A program made the translations under genes and the position numbers. From Pseudobacteriovorax sp. (lineage in GTDB: Bacteria > Bdellovibrionota_B > Oligoflexia > Oligoflexales > Oligoflexaceae), in assembly GCA_050293845.1 (NCBI GenBank), contig JBNKNM010000194.1, positions 1 to 10,894 of the forward strand: 10,894 nucleotides of DNA, given 5' to 3'. Each line of letters begins with the position of its first letter. Within the stretch, counting starts at the first letter, position 1. Under the pieces are notes generated by a model. It ran no database searches. It worked only from the letters and a program-made list of their open reading frames with translations, and was not told the origin of the DNA. This document shows, piece by piece, positions 8,301-10,894 of the stretch.

Positions 8301-8342
8301 GGTTATCATGACAAACAAAAGAATCTTTTTTAAAACATTCAA
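2055..8342 (-). CDS. Secreted SpvB/FG-GAP/TcdB-midN/YD-Rhs polymorphic toxin (TcB-TcC-like fusion) with Ntox24-like C-terminal domain
   Basis: 2095 aa; TTG start with AGGAGG upstream; signal peptide; SpvB-like 'PNLSLIYYS..GYLGYGWTVSGLSQIHRC..FCLDGKRLV'; seven DxNxDG repeats; midN-like 'YRYEDAILHKQGIGYLGFKK'; YD repeats (YDKLGR, YDELSR, YDPNGN); Rhs core 'YLHRDHLGS..RVYDPVIGRFLSPDP..NRYSYMWNNPLSGTDPTGY'. Confidence 0.95.
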   Translation of the reverse strand: MNVLKKILLFVMITSCGFSDANNNYNLNISNEIEESSAALAANQELIGKVPYNVSVNKFGQLSSQIELKTLTSGNGFSPNLSLIYYSSNQKVGYLGYGWTVSGLSQIHRCPDSLYYDGKSGPIDYSNNGKFCLDGKRLVPSDDPVESGAKVYRLASDNFTKIVFNSSYFKAYSKNGEIQTFGSNTNSRTMGKDNKTYSWKLDKNIDRKGNFIKYDYINENNQNYIKKISYGGNSDFNVKPYRFINFSYESNINPQSSYDSGALSVFDKRISNITMSDIEGDAWQYKLNYRSMSQNQGELLNNISLCIANSCIPPTVIDYQESTLNLSPQSLVESYGVDDSNKTLKMARSVVDVNNDGWDDILTLSTSELSVEYGSSDGFAAPVVTQTGLPPTWISRKDPVFIRDINADGWVDILTTVTTTSSEVPRNRTGVYVLFGGRDGLGLANHMTTQLGDIQIRTAFMNLADLDGDNKPEIITFRTRGIFVLKNNGDNFSLYNRTGYVSSEFSYARGWDNKRSFRNVLDINGDGHQDIVGLKYGGIWVSLGSGYNFSTPSNWGASGAQASYNVLDDKRTFADMNNDGLLDVVGFRAGGVFVRLNTGYSFLEETHWLGDFDSNGGWKERNSSRMILDINLDGYQDIIGVRKGLLRVYLGKGRPFNSSELDSSKYDMTHSELSRWQKRYPIYLQDTNADGASEISLLNLFYGIQSYKNSSKPIRLKSIQDAFGKQSIVDYQEGKIGTIYAKKLDLTFPLQSLPHGGYLVSSLRESDGRGGFKKIEYRYEDAILHKQGIGYLGFKKWISIDHSSNTRKEINYSHDYVNYSAGYPIVSSEFWLIDGKNVEKSRTTTLWNYKNLSSQQHHIFSYSQQKVDERFDDEGKLLSQTTTENEFDNLGNLLQSTVVAKDDLGEIKSKTVNSYDSENETNWIIGKITSSTVTAEKIGYPDIVNSAHFEYDNQGLLVKEISEKGTEFESSTTYTRYRNNFGLIDTETREWSSALNGGLSFNSVSTSKNFDELGFLEQSKNEVGLKDKVLTRQPIYRKIIEDADFNDLSTRYSYSKTGNVVSVTTADGFTTWTNEFWCDNSCPSNAVYFIESKTSSGIHTITYKDKLDRTIRTKEKILNARYSCVDTHYNATGTVEKTSIPFICSEGPLYWTQYIYDSQNRIKEERYPDQTKKTIIRSRNTTKIVDRRGNTETKHVSPFGPTQWVENAKGERISFYYDAKNRLIKTIDSGNNEYVAVYNIIGQQTFLNDPDMGQHEYSYNGLGLVYEESDEEGNINRTSYDKLGRPVKVTYLKGAQILSEGSWEYDTATNGLGLLYKTSNENIEKIYSYDELSRLESVNTIINGERFTYSKRYDNLSRPEEIILPSGFQYRYHYSDEGIQNRISSIDNAKTYWQLETQNSFGSPTKFSLGNGTVSRLEYDSKTGLLKNSKVSSNNATVDQRSYTYDPNGNLKSRTDHIEAISESFSYDTINRLERVNRNNSTSLSMTYDKLGNIKSRSDIVGSYQYSGGCNAGPHAVTQANGTSYCYNNIGQMTSSGDRIINYSPQGKPSYIGNRKSYRKLFYGSKSELVKQESVTTNGTEEIFYPQGGELRLKNGKRTWKHYISANVLIEVADDKLDEKYLHRDHLGSVVSITDSQGLKIESLSYNAWGQRRDPKTLDLLLGKTSKSTDRGYTDHIHLDDLNLIHMGGRVYDPVIGRFLSPDPFVQDPFNLQSYNRYSYMWNNPLSGTDPTGYFSIGNIFKGVDKFFSNPAKVIGQGLSKAQKWVRRPENLRMAASVAIQVVATVYAPYLAGYFGQAWVGWATVGAGGYASGYVASNGNHDYARTSMLQSLVSFGIGEKLQGVANIVAHGISGGAYSSYNGGDFASGFAASAGAAGFFDNVPPELSKSPMFTAISSTVIGGINSELTGGNFENGILTSSFTAMFNHLTHYTESGCLIVKEPHYDTVDGGWVEHTGPTIDVPADVKFARELANVYTAPFETAYDIYTIGKAPVKYAVKHVVGAAVAKSKVNKLGPDPKANGIPHTRFKTDPMSGKVTGYTEFDANGNPVKRFRGQGKQHGGKEPPFVLKPKSGKGAGSPLKVPHDPSPLELPLGY
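6250..7300 (-). repeat. Seven FG-GAP/VCBS-type protein repeats (probable beta-propeller); boundaries approximate
   Basis: DVNNDGWDDIL, DINADGWVDIL, DLDGDNKPEII, DINGDGHQDIV, DMNNDGLLDVV, DINLDGYQDII, DTNADGASEIS at roughly 50-65 aa spacing. Confidence 0.85.
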
Positions 8343-8403
8343 AAGAAATCCCTCCTGGGTTAATCAAATGCGTTGTAGATATTAATAAGAGGATAAACCT
8401 CTC

Positions 8404-9522
8404 TTAATCAGTAACTGGACCGTTGTGACATGCGCGCTGAGAATAAGACTCAGTAACCACACCAAGATTACAACTATATTTTATGACTTCCTGAAGTCCC
8501 CGTTGGCAAATCAGATAGCGTTTTTTGAACTTACCATGTTGGATGGTTCCATTTTGATACTCGCAGTTCTTTGGCTTGCATTTAAAATTCAAATGATTTC
8601 TTGGCGCAACTTTTTCATAGCCATTATCACATACTAATGAACCACTAACATCGCTAAATGAAGTATCTTGATAACACGACTGTTTATAGCTACCATTATC
8701 AGCCGCGTTCCTCACTGTTTTTAGATCGTCTTCAAATAGTCCTCCAGCACATTTGGCTACACATAGCCAAGGGTTGGATTTCCTTTTGAAACGTTTTGTG
8801 GGATGAACATTACATTCTAACTTATCGTTTTCTGGAGTTCCAAATCGACACCTTAATGTCAATTTACCATAAAAGGCGTTATCGTCCCATGTAGTATTAT
8901 GAGGATGATTTCCTGGACAATCACGTGGAACACAACTATTACCATCCGGTTGATAACTAGAGTTATTACAACTTACACTAGCTACCTCGGAAGTACCATC
9001 AGACTTACAAAGATATCGTACTTGTCCAGATTTTTTCCCTTCATAGTATAGATTTTCCCACCAACGATTACCCTCTGAATAGGTCGTCCCATCGCTTCCT
9101 TTACAGGGATAGCTACACTCTGAAACGATATTATCAATACTACAATAACGGATTGGTTCACCTAATGGATATTGTCTAAAATATTGTGATTGTATAAAAA
9201 ACATATTAGATAAACCTGCTGTCTCAAATACCTTTGTCTCTCCACTACTCAGTGTCAATATCTCTCCCGATTGCAAGAGAGAAAATGGACTAGAACTAAC
9301 GGTACTAAACCCACATTCGGATACACGGCTAATAGGAGCATATACTCTTATTGATTTACAAATAATATCTTTTCCAGAGTTGTTGCCAGGTTCATTGTAT
9401 AAAGAAATATTTAGCGAGTAATAGTTGTTAGTATTGATTGAATGAGATTCAGTTATGATTGGTTCCTGAGCTAGTAGAGTTGATGTATACAAACAACTTA
9501 GCAGTATATAGAATATTTTCAT
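8404..9522 (-). CDS. Secreted cysteine-rich modular protein of unknown function
   Basis: 372 aa; ATG with AAGGAG in the end of the upstream gene; signal peptide MKIFYILLSCLYTSTLLA; 20 Cys in the mature region, arranged as 4 + 4x4. Confidence 0.85.
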   Translation of the reverse strand: MKIFYILLSCLYTSTLLAQEPIITESHSINTNNYYSLNISLYNEPGNNSGKDIICKSIRVYAPISRVSECGFSTVSSSPFSLLQSGEILTLSSGETKVFETAGLSNMFFIQSQYFRQYPLGEPIRYCSIDNIVSECSYPCKGSDGTTYSEGNRWWENLYYEGKKSGQVRYLCKSDGTSEVASVSCNNSSYQPDGNSCVPRDCPGNHPHNTTWDDNAFYGKLTLRCRFGTPENDKLECNVHPTKRFKRKSNPWLCVAKCAGGLFEDDLKTVRNAADNGSYKQSCYQDTSFSDVSGSLVCDNGYEKVAPRNHLNFKCKPKNCEYQNGTIQHGKFKKRYLICQRGLQEVIKYSCNLGVVTESYSQRACHNGPVTD

Positions 9523-9528
9523 CTTTTT

Positions 9529-9879
9529 TTACTCCTTTTCACAGTTAAGTTTAATATCAACTCGCTTGCAGATTTCGCGACTGGTGTGATCGATTTTTTC
9601 TAAATTATTTACATAATGTAACTCTTGAGGTTTTAGCTTTAAATTGACTTGGATCAGTTTTCCTGGAGAAGGAATGCAAGTGTCAGCTGACCTAACATAG
9701 AAAATAGGCTGATAACTAGAACAAATCAAAGTTTCGTTTTCTCTATTCATTAAAGATGTTTTAAATGATGAATTACTCTCGTCATAAGTTGAAACAATTG
9801 TGACGTAAGGAGTGGCAGCTTGTGAAGCAAAAGACAAAATAAGTCCTATCGCTCCACAAATTTTTGTGAAGTTTTTCAT
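9529..9879 (-). CDS. Small secreted 4-Cys protein of unknown function
   Basis: 116 aa; GAGGA RBS; signal peptide ending ASQA; stop is 6 nt before the next ATG. Confidence 0.85.
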   Translation of the reverse strand: MKNFTKICGAIGLILSFASQAATPYVTIVSTYDESNSSFKTSLMNRENETLICSSYQPIFYVRSADTCIPSPGKLIQVNLKLKPQELHYVNNLEKIDHTSREICKRVDIKLNCEKE

Positions 9880-9923
9880 GATATCCTCAAATTATTGATT
9901 AATAGAAACTACAGTCCAGAGAA

Positions 9924-10847
9924 TTACTGTTTTCTGCAGTGGTTATAAATTTGTTGTAAATAATATAAGTAGGCCTCCGCTGAGCTTTCCTTACTACTAC
10001 TTTTTTCTTTGGCTTGACTAATAAGTTCCTCCAATCTATTTAAAGTATTAGTCCCATCTATAACCGGACATATTTTTGGAAGATATCCTTCGATAGATCG
10101 AAGAGTATTTTCTACTCCATAGGTCGAGAAATTAATACGCGATAGAGTTAAGTCGAACCATCGAGCAAGTACTTGATCGAAAGTTTGACTAAAATATAAA
10201 CTATCATCCAATAAAATTAATTCATTTCGGCGTTGAAAAAATCTGTTTGTTAGTGGGTCTGTTTCACTAAACAATACAAATTCAGTATCAATTTCGTCTA
10301 CAGAACCAGAAGAAATTATCTGATCTAAAAGAGGAATGAAATCTGCGTTGTTTAGAAATGCAGTTTCATACCTGAAGTATAAAATATCTTCCAAGTTTTC
10401 GGCAGGGGAATTAGCTATTGAGATTAGTGTCTTTAAAAAAGTTGATATATGTGTCTTATAATCAACTAAAGTTATAATCGGAAACTCTCTGTCTGGATTT
10501 ACTACTGATGAATCAGTGCTTCTTAGATACAGATTATAGAAAGATAAATAATTGACTAACATAGGGAGGCTTGTTGCATTCTTTAAAATGTCTCTAAGTT
10601 TCAATTGAAGGTCTTCATTTATACCTTTATATTCCTGATAATAAAATATAGACATTAGTGATAAACCTATAACTGATGATTCTGAGCTATAGTAACCATC
10701 ACCACTTTGATACCAAGTTCGTTTTTTTGAAACATGCTCTAGAATTTTAACTGCTAATCTAGGGTATTCTCGTGACTTATATTCTCGCCAGAGCAATATT
10801 TGAACTATCAAGCCTGATTGAGACTCCCCTCCTAAAGAGAACTCCAA
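9924..10847 (-). CDS. Hypothetical, probably alpha-helical protein; start uncertain, possibly 5'-truncated
   Basis: Frame is open from 10886 to 9924 (~320 codons) in very AT-rich DNA, so a coding origin is likely. The TTG at 10847 has no clear RBS, and an in-frame TAA lies at 10889-10887. Confidence 0.7.
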   Translation of the reverse strand: MEFSLGGESQSGLIVQILLWREYKSREYPRLAVKILEHVSKKRTWYQSGDGYYSSESSVIGLSLMSIFYYQEYKGINEDLQLKLRDILKNATSLPMLVNYLSFYNLYLRSTDSSVVNPDREFPIITLVDYKTHISTFLKTLISIANSPAENLEDILYFRYETAFLNNADFIPLLDQIISSGSVDEIDTEFVLFSETDPLTNRFFQRRNELILLDDSLYFSQTFDQVLARWFDLTLSRINFSTYGVENTLRSIEGYLPKICPVIDGTNTLNRLEELISQAKEKSSSKESSAEAYLYYLQQIYNHCRKQ

Positions 10848-10861
10848 GTTAAGTGATTTTT

Positions 10862-10894
10862 TGATATTATCATTTACTGGAGGTACTTATGAAA
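10862..10894 (+). promoter_or_regulatory. Extended -10 element, RBS and start of a divergent gene leaving the window
   Basis: TG-A-TATTAT (10862-10870), GGAGG (10879-10883), 5 nt spacer, ATG AAA at 10889. Confidence 0.5.

Noticed and set aside
8381..8408. Small hairpin AGAGG/CCTCT before the Rhs gene
   Set aside because: Weak stem and no clear U tract, so not called a terminator.
8425..8637. 70 aa plus-strand hydrophobic ORF
   Set aside because: Antisense to the 372 aa gene; no independent support.
1..10894. CRISPR arrays, tRNA/rRNA, transposases or integrases
   Set aside because: No regularly spaced DNA repeats or recognisable motifs seen.

Overview
AT-rich bacterial accessory region dominated by a minus-strand polymorphic toxin locus. 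Read right to left, it begins with a ~307-320 aa helical unknown ORF that lacks a convincing start. Two secreted Cys-rich proteins follow (116 aa and 372 aa); they share an apparently homologous 4-Cys domain, and the larger one adds four 4-Cys modules. Next is a 2095 aa signal-peptide-bearing SpvB/FG-GAP/TcdB-midN/YD-Rhs toxin ending in an Ntox24-like predicted RNase tip, with a translationally coupled immunity gene and an intrinsic terminator. Downstream is a decayed orphan array: a 54-codon acidic remnant, an RraB-family gene and a frameshifted HNH nuclease toxin tip that the ORF track misses. The HNH remnant is fused tail-to-tail at 704/705 to a truncated plus-strand secreted SirB1/transglutaminase-like gene, so the last ~25 codons of ORF 277..780 are antisense HNH DNA. 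A divergent plus-strand gene probably starts at 10889. Family names come from motif recognition only; no database search was run.
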